64,000 bases of DNA from positions 186,001 through 250,000 of the IMG/VR virus record IMGVR_UViG_3300031669_000001, one strand, 5' to 3'. Made by a program: the position numbers and the translations under genes. The notes under the pieces were generated by a model, which worked only from the letters and a program-made list of their open reading frames with translations, ran no database searches and was not told the origin of the DNA. Of the stretch, positions 1 to 10,557 are shown piece by piece; the first letter of the stretch is position 1; each line of letters opens with the position of its first letter.

Positions 1-17
1 AAATATAAGCTGGTCCT

Positions 18-497
18 TTATATCGCGCTTCTCAATGTATCTCTTGCTCTGTTGATTGCCTCTCCAAGCCAATTTGTACCCTTCCACTTCGACTTATCAA
101 GAGCATCTGCGTCATCTTCGTGAAGACCAATACCCCAGATGTTGTCAACTGGAGAAGCTTCAACAAATTCTACGTCACCAAAGCTCATCAGCTTTTCTTC
201 TAGAACTGGATCACTGAATTTTGCTAAGTTGGCGCGATATACTACATCTCTACAAACTTTATTCCATTCCGTAGCATCAAAGTTCTTGATCAGCCTACCT
301 AGTCGTTTTTGATCTCTTGGCGTCTTAGCTTCCATGATCAACGCTAAAGCTTCTTCGTCGTTGAAGAGTCGAGCCTTCTCAGCCATCATGTACTGCTCAC
401 AACAGTTGTACTTAATTCCATCGATGACCATGTCGTGCATGTGCCACTGACTGAAGATTCCACTCCAAAAGAGCACCATTCCATTTGCTTGTTTCAT
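18..497 (-). CDS. NADAR/YbiA family protein (ADP-ribose/N-glycosidase)
   Basis: FSQW, EQYMMAEKA..F.D, K.LGR, EASP.D.IWGIG, G.NWLG motifs. Confidence 0.9.
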   Translation of the reverse strand: MKQANGMVLFWSGIFSQWHMHDMVIDGIKYNCCEQYMMAEKARLFNDEEALALIMEAKTPRDQKRLGRLIKNFDATEWNKVCRDVVYRANLAKFSDPVLEEKLMSFGDVEFVEASPVDNIWGIGLHEDDADALDKSKWKGTNWLGEAINRARDTLRSAI

Positions 498-799
498 ACT
501 TCTATCCTCTCTATTACCTTCATGTCTTTACCGAGATACCACAGTCCACCTTGACTCTCTGGTCTAACGATGGTATCTAACAAATTGAACTCTACCTTAC
601 ACCAAACTCTATCCTTCTTTGAAAGATGTGGCGCTTCAGGCTTGCTACAAATGTGCCAACCTGGACGGAATGCAAAACCTTTGGTACGATGTTCTTCCAT
701 CTTGTACCAATGACCTTGAGTTATCCTTAACTTACGATTGATAAACAACGGCCCGAATGTACCATCCTTACGAAGTCTGAAAAGTTTGTAGCCAATCAT
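494..799 (-). CDS. hypothetical phage protein
   Basis: 101 aa ORF overlapping neighbours (coupled). Confidence 0.7.
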   Translation of the reverse strand: MIGYKLFRLRKDGTFGPLFINRKLRITQGHWYKMEEHRTKGFAFRPGWHICSKPEAPHLSKKDRVWCKVEFNLLDTIVRPESQGGLWYLGKDMKVIERIEV

Positions 800-1857
800 C
801 AGAATTGTAGTAGGTTACTAGTTTGCTTTGGCTCTTCAACGATAACTTTCTGCTCTTCCTTCGGCTTCTCGCCTTTTAGGAATCGTTGATTGTTCGCAAA
901 CATCTCAACGAAGCGCATCGCTTCTTCACTAACCTTCTGAAGCTTGTATTCACCGAGGAATCGAAGGAAGTGGAAATGCGAGTATGTACCTGTTATCTCA
1001 ACCTGCTGCTTAACGGTTTCTTCAAGAGTTTTCCTCAGATCTGGCGGTTGCTTGGTGAGGTCCATCAAGATGATGTTCTTTTCAAAGAGATCACCAACTC
1101 GATGAGTGATGGTCTCCGTAACATTCTGACCACTTGCATCTTCTCTTAGAACATCCTGCTTCCATACCTCATTCATGAAGTTGAGGCGTTCGTATTGATC
1201 TTCGTACGCCTTCTTGATGCGAGTCTCTCTAACTCGTGGATACGCGGATGGAACGCTGTCACCAGCATCTCCACGAACACACTTCTTGAACATCCAATAC
1301 TCCAGGTCAGGCTCATACTGCTTGTCATTTGGAGTGTTGCGTGGAACTCCATTGTCAGGGTTGATCAGTTGAACGTTCGGAAGACTTAACAATTGCGTAA
1401 AGTCCCTGTCACCAGAGATGATGATGATCTCATGTTCAGGCGAGGCGTAAAGTTGACAGTAAGCTGCGATACAATCATCCGCTTCCATCTTCTCTACGCA
1501 GAGGCAACAGATGGAAGTGTGTGAGGTGATCGTGTGTCTGAAAGCTTCAATGAGTTGATAGAAGTGCTTCATCTCAGGATCGATGATTCGACCGCTCTTG
1601 TAATTGACGACGGCATTTTCTTCTCTCGTGAATGTCTTACGCCAATTGTTAGCACCTTCAAACGCAAAGACTACGAAGTCAGGCTTGAACTTGTTGTACC
1701 ACTTGAAGATAGAGTAGAGCGAAATGTGCATGCACAGTCCGACAAGTTCATCAGTAGAAGAATCTCTAGCGTATGGACTACCCTTCTGCATAGCTGACAC
1801 TCGAAATAGAATGTTCGATACATCGACTACCAGCGATTTATTCGGGATTTTTTTCAT
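799..1857 (-). CDS. rnh: T4 Rnh-like RNase H / 5'-3' exonuclease
   Basis: VVD.SN, EADD.IA, SGDRDF.QL, GD.GD.VP motifs of the FEN/PIN 5' nuclease family. Confidence 0.88.
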   Translation of the reverse strand: MKKIPNKSLVVDVSNILFRVSAMQKGSPYARDSSTDELVGLCMHISLYSIFKWYNKFKPDFVVFAFEGANNWRKTFTREENAVVNYKSGRIIDPEMKHFYQLIEAFRHTITSHTSICCLCVEKMEADDCIAAYCQLYASPEHEIIIISGDRDFTQLLSLPNVQLINPDNGVPRNTPNDKQYEPDLEYWMFKKCVRGDAGDSVPSAYPRVRETRIKKAYEDQYERLNFMNEVWKQDVLREDASGQNVTETITHRVGDLFEKNIILMDLTKQPPDLRKTLEETVKQQVEITGTYSHFHFLRFLGEYKLQKVSEEAMRFVEMFANNQRFLKGEKPKEEQKVIVEEPKQTSNLLQF

Positions 1858-2120
1858 TTTGCTGCATAACCTCTAATCACGATAAAATTACAATCCTCTG
1901 GTTCATGAACTTGATAAAATGCAAATTCTTTCCAATCAGTTTTTTCTAATATGATTTTTAGGTCTTCGACGTTCATCTTAGATTTTTCTAACTTGAAAGA
2001 TGACGCTATAATAGGGTGCCCTCTATGTCTGCCTACAGGCATGGTCATATCAGGCAAAATTTTCAACCCGCTTTCTTCGAAGAGCTTTTTAATTTTTGAG
2101 ATCATATTCCAACAACGCAT
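1854..2120 (-). CDS. hypothetical protein
   Basis: ORF in operon; start uncertain. Confidence 0.55.
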   Translation of the reverse strand: MRCWNMISKIKKLFEESGLKILPDMTMPVGRHRGHPIIASSFKLEKSKMNVEDLKIILEKTDWKEFAFYQVHEPEDCNFIVIRGYAAK

Positions 2121-2271
2121 TCAGTGATTATCTTCAGTTTGATGGCTATGATTTCTGTAATTGGAATTCCACTATTCAAGATTGCGCTGTTGATGTCAAA
2201 CGCTTGAACTTCAAATTGTTGAATTTTAGGGATGCTGTAAGGCGTAAGCTTGTAAATTATCCAAGTTTCCA

Positions 2272-2454
2272 TTATTTGATCACTAGCTCTGCGCGCTTCT
2301 CTTTAACCCATTTGACTTTTGCTTCATCCCAACCTTTAGCCCAATCCAAATAAGATATAGAAAATTGGGTGAAGGGGTTTGATGATCTCGGTTTTCCGAG
2401 TATGAATGCATTACGACCCATAACTAGTGAAGAAACGTTTAGCATTTTAGTCAA
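2272..2454 (-). CDS. hypothetical protein
   Basis: 60 aa ORF with coupled overlaps. Confidence 0.55.
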   Translation of the reverse strand: MTKMLNVSSLVMGRNAFILGKPRSSNPFTQFSISYLDWAKGWDEAKVKWVKEKRAELVIK

Positions 2455-2607
2455 TCAGGATTTGTGGTGTTTGTTGAGATTCAACGATGCGTTTCTTGAA
2501 AGCTTCAACGATCTCTTTGATTTGATCTGGCGTCAAGTTGTCATCGACTTCTATATTGAACACTTTCCTACCATCCTTGGTGTCCATCTTGATTTCTTTC
2601 TTCATAG

Positions 2608-3174
2608 TTAATCCCTTTGTGTACTTTTAGTTGTGCGACGACGAGGAACCTTACGACTCTTCTTGATCGCAGTTGCACGCTCTTCAACCTGTCTTGCAGC
2701 TTCTGCAAGTTCAGCTGCAGCTTCATCGTCAAGATCATGGAATGCAGCGTCAACATCTTCCTTTGAAAGCATCGCTGGAGTGATGTCATCTGCAGCTTGA
2801 TGCGTGAGCAGTGATAGATACATCTGAACTGCTTCCTCTTCTGACTCTGCTTCGATTCCATTCTCAGCTAAGTGCCGAATGAAAGCCGTGTTCCAATCTA
2901 ACTCCATCTTGATGCGACCATCGTTGTCTATTCCAGAGTGAACCACGTCTAGACGTGGTTCTTCAAGCTCAACGTTTTCACGACCGCTGAAGAGGTCAAC
3001 GACAGCTTGATCATTCAGACCGTCTGTCAGGTCACCCATCTTCAACTTTATATTTTCAACGAAAGCTTTATTGTAGGATTTAACTTGAATCTTACCTGAA
3101 ATGATGTTGACATCTGCCCAAGGTTCTTTCTTACCACCTAGATATTTGTGCCAAAGTGAAGTAAAGAAGCTCAT
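2608..3174 (-). CDS. hypothetical protein
   Basis: 188 aa ORF with SD, acidic helical C-terminus. Confidence 0.75.
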   Translation of the reverse strand: MSFFTSLWHKYLGGKKEPWADVNIISGKIQVKSYNKAFVENIKLKMGDLTDGLNDQAVVDLFSGRENVELEEPRLDVVHSGIDNDGRIKMELDWNTAFIRHLAENGIEAESEEEAVQMYLSLLTHQAADDITPAMLSKEDVDAAFHDLDDEAAAELAEAARQVEERATAIKKSRKVPRRRTTKSTQRD

Positions 3175-3316
3175 TCAGCTTTCTCCTTTTGAAGAACTTG
3201 TGCTACAATTTCCATCGCCCAATAGACAACATCAACAACTTTCTCTGCTGTCTCGTCATCCACTTTGAGAGCTTTGATCTTGAGCATCAGATTAAGATTG
3301 AAGTCGACTGGCATGT

Positions 3317-4048
3317 TCATTGTGTCGGGAGGATGAAAAAGTCAAGGCCATTGACCTTGAAGGAGAAGATTCCACCTTCACCTAATTGCATTGGAAGAGG
3401 ATCGCAAGTCTTGAGAGCTTCTTTGAGAAGTGACACCAACGTTTTAGCTGGATACTTGTGACAGAAGGAACCATTGACAGAAGGTGCTTCTTCACCAATC
3501 CAAAGCGCATCATCTGGAAGTTCTGTAGAGAATACGTCTCTGTTTGCATCAACGAGTTCAATAGAAACGGTTGTACCATTCTTTGAAGCTATCGTTACTG
3601 CTTCTGCACCCATGGCGCTTACAGCTTGGTTGATGATGGGCAAACTTGCAGCACCGACCTTGATTTCCCAAACTAATGTGTCTGCGACATTCTTCGGAAC
3701 ACCTTTGACTGCTTCAACAGAAGCGCACCTGAATTGTGCCTTGACCTTGCCAGAAGACAGATCTAGAAGAGAGATGTCAGTGTTATTTGCAGCTTCAGTT
3801 GCAACGATGTCCAAAGTACCTTGATTCTTTACAAGGTTAAGACGCTGTCCGAGCTGATCGATTCGATTGATACCGATTTGTTTGCCGCCGAAGTCAGGAA
3901 CGTTTGCAGTTGTGATTATGACGACTTGTTGCTTCTCATCTATACCGCGGATCTTGCCGCCTTCGATGACAAGCTTCTTGATTCCTGCAACCATCGCGGT
4001 CTGCACTAGAGAATCGAGGGTCTTGATTGAGTCTGTTGAAAGTTTCAT
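3317..4048 (-). CDS. putative DNA polymerase sliding clamp (gp45-like)
   Basis: 243 aa, MKLS start as in gp45, alpha/beta pattern, next to the DNA polymerase. Confidence 0.6.
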   Translation of the reverse strand: MKLSTDSIKTLDSLVQTAMVAGIKKLVIEGGKIRGIDEKQQVVIITTANVPDFGGKQIGINRIDQLGQRLNLVKNQGTLDIVATEAANNTDISLLDLSSGKVKAQFRCASVEAVKGVPKNVADTLVWEIKVGAASLPIINQAVSAMGAEAVTIASKNGTTVSIELVDANRDVFSTELPDDALWIGEEAPSVNGSFCHKYPAKTLVSLLKEALKTCDPLPMQLGEGGIFSFKVNGLDFFILPTQ

Positions 4049-4109
4049 TTGGTCTCCGAGAGATTGATTTGGTCTATTTTATATTAGGTGTGGGAGTTTG
4101 TATATTTTG

Positions 4110-4358
4110 TCATTTCTTTATACACTCAATGATGTTCAGCTTTCTATTATATGCACGGTCTTCTGTCAACGCGATAACATACTGAACGCCATTTATTGTT
4201 TCAGAATATCCATTGCCAAGATCTTTAACCCTAGCTTCATATTTGTTAACTTTTGCGCATGCGGCATAAAAAGTTTGTTGTTTCTTTTCATAGTCACTTT
4301 TTAACTTCAACATACCTTCTATGGTCGCCGGCTTTGCTCTGCTCTTTCTTGTTGCCAT
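4110..4358 (-). CDS. hypothetical protein
   Basis: 82 aa ORF with SD. Confidence 0.6.
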   Translation of the reverse strand: MATRKSRAKPATIEGMLKLKSDYEKKQQTFYAACAKVNKYEARVKDLGNGYSETINGVQYVIALTEDRAYNRKLNIIECIKK

Positions 4359-4361
4359 GAT

Positions 4362-7163
4362 TTACTCCTCGTCAAAATTCAGTAGCTTGTTAACAACTAC
4401 CGTGTGTTCAGTTGGGACTTCCCAACCAATCGGTTCAAAGATGTTGCTGATCTTCTTGTCGATCAACTTTAACTCTGTGAGTCGAACATCAATCTCAAAA
4501 TTGTCAGTGAACCACTTTGGCAGTTCTTCTGTGTCAGAGTCGAACGCCATGCTTTTGAAGTCGTGTTCATTCTTCTTGAGCCACACGATCTTAATCTTTG
4601 ATCCAGAGATTATCTGACGAGTGTTCTGATCACCAAACATCTCAATGCATAAGTTATGGTTGATTGCTGGACGGACGTTGCCTGGAAGCTTTGCGTTTCC
4701 AAATCCAGGCTTCTCGATGCGCAACCACTTCTCATAGTAGTCTTCAAGGTTCTTGACAGAGGTTGTTGTCGCATAATCCAACGGCTTGACGTCATCCTTG
4801 TTGAAGTTTCTGCGGAATTCTATGATCTCATCATTGATCTTCTTCTTCGGTTTTTCTGTCAAGACATCCAACAGAACCTTCTTCAGCATTGTACGAATAG
4901 CTTCTGGAGTTGAGGAGATCTTGATGTCACTACCTTGAGACTTGAGCGCCTTCTTGTCATCGACGTCAATCTTAACTCCTTCAATGTCCTTCGCCAACAG
5001 GATGTACTTCTTCTTGGCGCTGAAGATACCTGCCGAAGCTACAATTTCACGGTTTGCCTTGATGAGAGTATCAAAACCTGGCTGACAGAAGAAGGCTTCA
5101 CGAACGAATGGTGCAAAGGATTCATTGACAGCCGCAGCGATCGCGTCAGCGCATTGAATTGCATCCTCGACGTTATCTTTGACTAGCTGTTCCATCACGA
5201 AGTAACAGCTATCAGTATCAGAGTAGATAGGACCGATGCCATGTGGAACATCCAACGTGTAAGCATTTTCAAATTCTCGCTTGCTGTTTTTAGTTTGCTT
5301 TGCCTTCGTTACTGTCTTGACAAGCTTAGGAGCACCTTCACCCATCAGATTGACCGCTACGGTATTGATCATGTGCGTGGTGATTTGACGACCAGAACCT
5401 GTTGTCGATGCACCAAGTCTTGGATCGTGGAACCTACAGAATTCATTCAAGGTTGCACCGTAAGTAGAGTTCAACAGAACTTTACGAACACCTTGCAACA
5501 TGTCGTAATACTCTGAAAGATCGCTGAGCCTTATGTACTCAGGATCTGTCTTGTCACCACAGACTTCCAGCCTTTCTGCAGCCATCTTGGCGTGCTTCTT
5601 CTTGAGGCCTTGCAGTTCCTTACGACCGTTGAACCAGTAGGTCAAGACCGCTGGGATAAGTCCTTCACCATTACCTTGATCAAGGATGGTGCCGTAAGCT
5701 GTAAGAGCGTACTTGTTATCCTTCAGGAAGTTGATCATATTTCCAGCGGTGATCTGAAGACCTGCATCTACAGGTTCTCCATCCTCGTCTAGAGGGTTGG
5801 TTCCTTCTGGAATGATCGTCACAGTTGCGTTCTGGGCTTCTTCATCCTCAGGGTGGAGGTTTGCGTAGTAGACTCTCTTCCAACCTTCCTCATACTCTTC
5901 AAGCTGTCCAACGATCTTTTCAGGTGACAGGTTTAACGTCCGGTACGTACTGGGGTACAGGGATGCCAAGTCAATAGATCCTATCATCTTGTGCAAGCCG
6001 ATCTTCGGTGTCATCACCAGAGCACCCTCTACGTACGATGAAGGCTTATGTGTCTTATCAAAGACAATTTCATTGCGGATTGAATGACTAAAGTTTATGA
6101 TAGCTGTATCGATCAGCTGCACCGAACCAAAGATGGCGGAGAAGTTTACCGTCGCCTCATGGACCATGGTGTTGGCAAGCTGAATGTACTTGAACTTCTT
6201 GTCGAGATCCAAGATACAGGTAACGTCGTGTCTATTGTACTTTAGGAAGTGGATGAAGTCATTGCGGTAGAGCTCGTAGAGGGTGCCTTCATAGTGCAGC
6301 TTAGGGACGTCTAACTCTTCTTCAGTGATAGCTGCTAGAGAGAATGATTGACGACCACCGAGGGTGAATTTCTTGAAGAGACCCATGTAATCGAGGTGGA
6401 CTCTGCTGAGAAGATCGATGACGATTTCCTTTTCCTTCGAACCCTTGAAGCGAAACTTTTCACCCCATCTAGGAGTAGGACCACCTTCAAAAGCTAGGTG
6501 GCGAAGTGCATGCTTACCAAATAAAAGTTCGATCCTCTTCGCGATGTACGGCATATCAAAGAATTCAGAGTTCCAACCTGACAGAATATCAATGTCTTGA
6601 ATGAGATCAATGAACGTTTGTAGAAGCTCTCGCTCACTGTTAAACAACCAATAGTTGTCATCGTGCATATCTTGAGGAAGAAGCGCACTTATTGGAATTC
6701 CAGCTTCCTTAGCGTTATTGATCCAGGTTTCTGGAGGAAGAGCTAAAGTGAAGTATGCTTTGACGGCGGTGTTGTAGACCGTGATCGCATTGATAGGCGC
6801 ATAGGGATTTGAGGCTCTAGGCCAACCAATTGCTGGATCGTAATCAACTTCTATATCCAAGAATCCGACTGAAACTACTGGGATCTTCTTCCCAAAGTAG
6901 CTCATCATAACCTTCTCTTGAGGGTGAAGATCGCTCTCGAATCGCTTTGGATGAGAACGACAGCCTGCGTCAAACTCACTTCTAGAGCTGAACTCCAGAA
7001 GCTTTAGCTTTTCACCTGTGATCGCCTTGAATGTTCCTTCTTCATCAGGAACGTAGAAATTGTATGGACTGTCGTATTCGCGCAGGTTGCGCTTGCCTGA
7101 TTCGGTCTTTTCCCAAACGAGAACCTTATCACGCCCACGTTCGTGGTATGAGGATATAAACAA
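4362..7163 (-). CDS. family B DNA polymerase (gp43-like), TTG start
   Basis: Exo motifs DIEVD, GWN..FD, YN..D; polymerase motifs DLASLYPS, K..LNS.YG, YSDTDS, KKKY. Confidence 0.97.
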   Translation of the reverse strand: MFISSYHERGRDKVLVWEKTESGKRNLREYDSPYNFYVPDEEGTFKAITGEKLKLLEFSSRSEFDAGCRSHPKRFESDLHPQEKVMMSYFGKKIPVVSVGFLDIEVDYDPAIGWPRASNPYAPINAITVYNTAVKAYFTLALPPETWINNAKEAGIPISALLPQDMHDDNYWLFNSERELLQTFIDLIQDIDILSGWNSEFFDMPYIAKRIELLFGKHALRHLAFEGGPTPRWGEKFRFKGSKEKEIVIDLLSRVHLDYMGLFKKFTLGGRQSFSLAAITEEELDVPKLHYEGTLYELYRNDFIHFLKYNRHDVTCILDLDKKFKYIQLANTMVHEATVNFSAIFGSVQLIDTAIINFSHSIRNEIVFDKTHKPSSYVEGALVMTPKIGLHKMIGSIDLASLYPSTYRTLNLSPEKIVGQLEEYEEGWKRVYYANLHPEDEEAQNATVTIIPEGTNPLDEDGEPVDAGLQITAGNMINFLKDNKYALTAYGTILDQGNGEGLIPAVLTYWFNGRKELQGLKKKHAKMAAERLEVCGDKTDPEYIRLSDLSEYYDMLQGVRKVLLNSTYGATLNEFCRFHDPRLGASTTGSGRQITTHMINTVAVNLMGEGAPKLVKTVTKAKQTKNSKREFENAYTLDVPHGIGPIYSDTDSCYFVMEQLVKDNVEDAIQCADAIAAAVNESFAPFVREAFFCQPGFDTLIKANREIVASAGIFSAKKKYILLAKDIEGVKIDVDDKKALKSQGSDIKISSTPEAIRTMLKKVLLDVLTEKPKKKINDEIIEFRRNFNKDDVKPLDYATTTSVKNLEDYYEKWLRIEKPGFGNAKLPGNVRPAINHNLCIEMFGDQNTRQIISGSKIKIVWLKKNEHDFKSMAFDSDTEELPKWFTDNFEIDVRLTELKLIDKKISNIFEPIGWEVPTEHTVVVNKLLNFDEE

Positions 7164-7181
7164 AATGACTCCTAAGAGTTA

Positions 7182-7216
7182 CGGCTTTTTATCTGTCAGA
7201 GCACGCCAGGCTCTGA
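7182..7216 (-). promoter_or_regulatory. hairpin/pseudoknot just upstream of the DNA polymerase SD (possible translational operator)
   Basis: TCAGAGC-CTGGCGT-GCTCTGA; loop TGGC can pair with GCCG after an A-rich linker. Confidence 0.45.
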
Positions 7217-7255
7217 TCAGGTTTTCAACTTACAGAGGATTTATAAAGTCTACGC

Positions 7256-7480
7256 TTAGAACTGATAGAGTAACGCACGTACCCTGTAATAAGCCTTTTC
7301 TGACTTATCAAACTCTACGAGACCCTTGGTAGCTAGGCGACCAAGAACAGATACTGGAGTGCGATTGAGGTGAGTAGCGATGAGATCGATAGCTGCGCCT
7401 GCTGCGTAGTTGACCAGAACATACTCATCGTCTGCTTCTGTCCAACGCTTTTGGTGATTTGCTGGTTTTTTGTCTGCCAT
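7256..7480 (-). CDS. small HTH-like protein
   Basis: KRWT..DD, IA.HLNRT..SV.GRL pattern. Confidence 0.6.
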   Translation of the reverse strand: MADKKPANHQKRWTEADDEYVLVNYAAGAAIDLIATHLNRTPVSVLGRLATKGLVEFDKSEKAYYRVRALLYQF

Positions 7481-7485
7481 GATTA

Positions 7486-7773
7486 CTACTCCTTAATGCC
7501 GAGACCAACTGCAAGATCGCTGATCTCTTCTATGTCGTGCTGTTGTTGATCGATAGTTCCTGGATTTATCTTTTCGGCAATCAATCCATTGAGAACTCTT
7601 GGTGGTATTCCAATGCTATTCTTTGCATCGACTAAGATGTCTTTGATTCCAAGCTGGTGTGTTTTCATTTTACTGCGATGAAGAACGATTTCTTCAATGA
7701 AGCCTTCGAGCTGCTTCTTTGTGACTGGGTTGTTGACGATAGTGTCGAGGTTGAAGGTTGCTGACTTTGCCAT
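7486..7773 (-). CDS. putative DsbA-like dsDNA-binding protein
   Basis: IKDI...AK...GI pattern, size and position near the polymerase. Confidence 0.55.
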   Translation of the reverse strand: MAKSATFNLDTIVNNPVTKKQLEGFIEEIVLHRSKMKTHQLGIKDILVDAKNSIGIPPRVLNGLIAEKINPGTIDQQQHDIEEISDLAVGLGIKE

Positions 7774-7820
7774 TTGGTATGTCTCCGAGTTGATAAGCTA
7801 TAATAGACATTGTAACATAC

Positions 7821-8138
7821 TCAGGTAGAAAGAACATTATCCCCCTGTTCATACTCTTTGAAGAGTTGCTGTACTAACTCTTCAAACTCACCAGACTCCA
7901 TCACCTTGATAATTTTTACGGGTTTATCTTCTACTTCATCTTCAATGAAGAATCTAGTGACTTCGACGCTGATATTATTCTTCACGTCAAACGTGGCGAA
8001 GACTATGTGACTGTCTGTCATGTCGTAATCACTGAAAAATGGTATCGACGGGTTCATCAACGTACCATTCCCCGTTAGAGGGAACATGTGAAGTTCGTCG
8101 TGTATCCTGACGATGACGATATTTGGTTTGGCAGTCAT
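7821..8138 (-). CDS. hypothetical protein
   Basis: ORF in operon. Confidence 0.65.
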   Translation of the reverse strand: MTAKPNIVIVRIHDELHMFPLTGNGTLMNPSIPFFSDYDMTDSHIVFATFDVKNNISVEVTRFFIEDEVEDKPVKIIKVMESGEFEELVQQLFKEYEQGDNVLST

Positions 8139-8632
8139 CAGTGATAAGACGATGTGAACGAATTGTGTGGAACGTTGATTGGAGAAAACACAAAGTCACC
8201 GTTGCCTGATAACTCGATGGCATCTTCTGTGAACATCACTTCATACTTGAACATCCATGAATTAGGGCTAAGCTCTGTTTCGTCATCGCCATCTGGATTG
8301 TCTGCAAAGAATATCACGCTGCAGCAATTTTCATCCCAGTCGCTCAAGAAATTTCCACCGTACTTGTTCGCCAACTCCTGCATAAGGTCATTGCTTTGAC
8401 CTAGTATCGCTGGATTTGCTACTGAGAACTGACTTACCTGATGTTCTTCTTTATCAGGGAAAATGGCTTCAAGCTTCTTGTCAAAGTCATCTATCGCGCC
8501 ATTCTTAGCTTCAGAATACGAGAGATACAGCTTCGAGCGAAGCTTAAAGTCTATCATCAAGCCTGTCATGGCTGTAACCTTCTGACGATCTAACATAGAC
8601 TTTACACGTGGATTTGTCAGGTTAAATGACAC
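8138..8632 (-). CDS. hypothetical protein
   Basis: 164 aa ORF. Confidence 0.65.
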   Translation of the reverse strand: MSFNLTNPRVKSMLDRQKVTAMTGLMIDFKLRSKLYLSYSEAKNGAIDDFDKKLEAIFPDKEEHQVSQFSVANPAILGQSNDLMQELANKYGGNFLSDWDENCCSVIFFADNPDGDDETELSPNSWMFKYEVMFTEDAIELSGNGDFVFSPINVPHNSFTSSYH

Positions 8633-8664
8633 TACGTAGTAAAAGTTTCTAATTTTAATTCTCC

Positions 8665-10095
8665 TTAAGTTGGACCGATGATGTAAGAATGCTTAAGACC
8701 TGCAGGTGCAGTGGTGGCACCTGCGGTCGATTGAGTCGCTAAAAGAGTTGCAGGTATTTTTTCGCTTGGAATTAAAGGTTGTAAAAGTTGCGTTAGCGTT
8801 GATTGTAAAGTTGTGAATTTATAAATTCCCGTTAATTGATCTTGACTAAACGTAAATGAGAAGCTGGTCGATGTAAATTCAGATCCACTCAAGAAAGCAT
8901 TTAGCTCTTTGTCCTTAAAGTCATAAGGATCTTTCGCTAACAATAAATTGGCTTCACTCAACTTGACGGGGAGTGGGGCTGTAGTGGTTACTTGGCCATT
9001 ACCTGATACGCCAGGACTGGTATTGATTGCTACAAAAACTGTTCCTATCGTAAATCCTATTGGAGCTCCATATAATTCCCAAGGAGTAGTTCCTAACGTT
9101 GAGATGGTGTATGTAGTGCCATCTACCATGCTTGTAGCCGCAATTGGTGAACCTGTTATGACTGTGATAGAATCTATTCCGTAACTTATGTCCTTTAGGA
9201 GGGTTGATAAATTCGTACAGTGCATCAAATAACGGATGCCGACCCCTGGAATGTTAGCCGCGTAATAATCACCCCAAGCACATTCATTTAAGAATGCTAC
9301 GTCAGATATAAATGGGAATGATACTCCATTAACAGATGGATTCAGCGTGTCAAATTCAAGAGCTATGATGCTACTTTGAGATACGTTTGCAGCCAAATCA
9401 TTGTATACGATAATTTCTATGACATTATTTTGCTCATAGATCGTTGGAGTAAATGTGATGCTTTGGTCCGGTATCGAAACGATGTAAGCTGACGGACTTA
9501 ATTCTATTCCATTTGAATAAACGCTGATGTTGTTTGTTGCATCGAATCTCAATGTGTTGGCATCAGGGCTGTTATCTGCACCGCTTATAACGTTGACTTC
9601 ACCAGTTTTGAGGTAAGTGTATAACGTAGATTGCAAAACGCTCGGTGAGATTGGGAAGATGTTCAACAAGATCTTTACGTTCTGTGGAAGAGCAACAGCA
9701 TCTACCTGAGTGTCCACTATTATTTGTGAACCTGTGGGATCTAATATAGAAAATTGATGACTTCCAATAGATGGAGTATCTGCAGTTCTCTTCAAGATCG
9801 CCATCGACAGCATACCAGCTCCGCCGCTAGTGTTGAGAGATACGCTTGGATCAGTTGGAAGAACAAGCGCAGGGTTGATCACCGTTCCACGTTGAATGTA
9901 ATCTTGAAGACCAGAAACCGGTGGAGTGAATAAGAATTTTTTTCCTGAGCTCTCACCAATTCTTGATAACTTACCTCTACACTTGTAAGTTATGATGCAG
10001 CGAATAGGATCTACCCGCTGACCACTGATCTGTAGCTCAGTCTGACGCTTGCAGGTATCGCATTGAAAGATGATGTATTTGTTGAGTGTGCTCAT
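8665..10095 (-). CDS. putative virion structural protein
   Basis: 476 aa, T/S/I/P rich, beta-rich, N-terminal CxxC, late-promoter-like GTAAATA upstream. Confidence 0.55.
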   Translation of the reverse strand: MSTLNKYIIFQCDTCKRQTELQISGQRVDPIRCIITYKCRGKLSRIGESSGKKFLFTPPVSGLQDYIQRGTVINPALVLPTDPSVSLNTSGGAGMLSMAILKRTADTPSIGSHQFSILDPTGSQIIVDTQVDAVALPQNVKILLNIFPISPSVLQSTLYTYLKTGEVNVISGADNSPDANTLRFDATNNISVYSNGIELSPSAYIVSIPDQSITFTPTIYEQNNVIEIIVYNDLAANVSQSSIIALEFDTLNPSVNGVSFPFISDVAFLNECAWGDYYAANIPGVGIRYLMHCTNLSTLLKDISYGIDSITVITGSPIAATSMVDGTTYTISTLGTTPWELYGAPIGFTIGTVFVAINTSPGVSGNGQVTTTAPLPVKLSEANLLLAKDPYDFKDKELNAFLSGSEFTSTSFSFTFSQDQLTGIYKFTTLQSTLTQLLQPLIPSEKIPATLLATQSTAGATTAPAGLKHSYIIGPT

Positions 10096-10260
10096 GTCTT
10101 ATTTACATCGATTTCACTTTAATTCGATCACTCCACGGCCACCAACTATTGCAAGCCAAACATTCACCGCTCTTTTGATTGATGAAAAAGTGCTTGAATC
10201 TGTGAATGTTGGGGCTATTACATTTAGGACAGAGATATTCTCTCTTGCCACCAGGACTTT

Positions 10261-10500
10261 TCATTGAACGTTGACTACAACATATTTTCGCAACGTCACA
10301 TCTTTATCTTGGCAGGTGTAACCGTCACCGTTTTTGAAGTTGATAACTTTGACGCACGTTCCGTCCTGACCTACGTAGACGTCAGGAAGGTCTAGATAAT
10401 TGAACAGGATGTGAATCAACAACATGCATGACACAACTAGAATGATGATAGAAGAAACGCTTACAGCCAATTGCTTGTTAGAGATCATTTGATACGACAT
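10261..10500 (-). CDS. small membrane-anchored protein
   Basis: N-terminal TM helix, two Cys. Confidence 0.6.
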   Translation of the reverse strand: MSYQMISNKQLAVSVSSIIILVVSCMLLIHILFNYLDLPDVYVGQDGTCVKVINFKNGDGYTCQDKDVTLRKYVVVNVQ

Positions 10501-10557
10501 GATTCTACTCCTATGATAAAAATTTATTCTATCATAAAGCGTAATGGAAGTAAACTT

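Noticed and set aside
4362-7163. Intein or split in the DNA polymerase
   Set aside because: Length and motif spacing are ordinary, with no intein termini.
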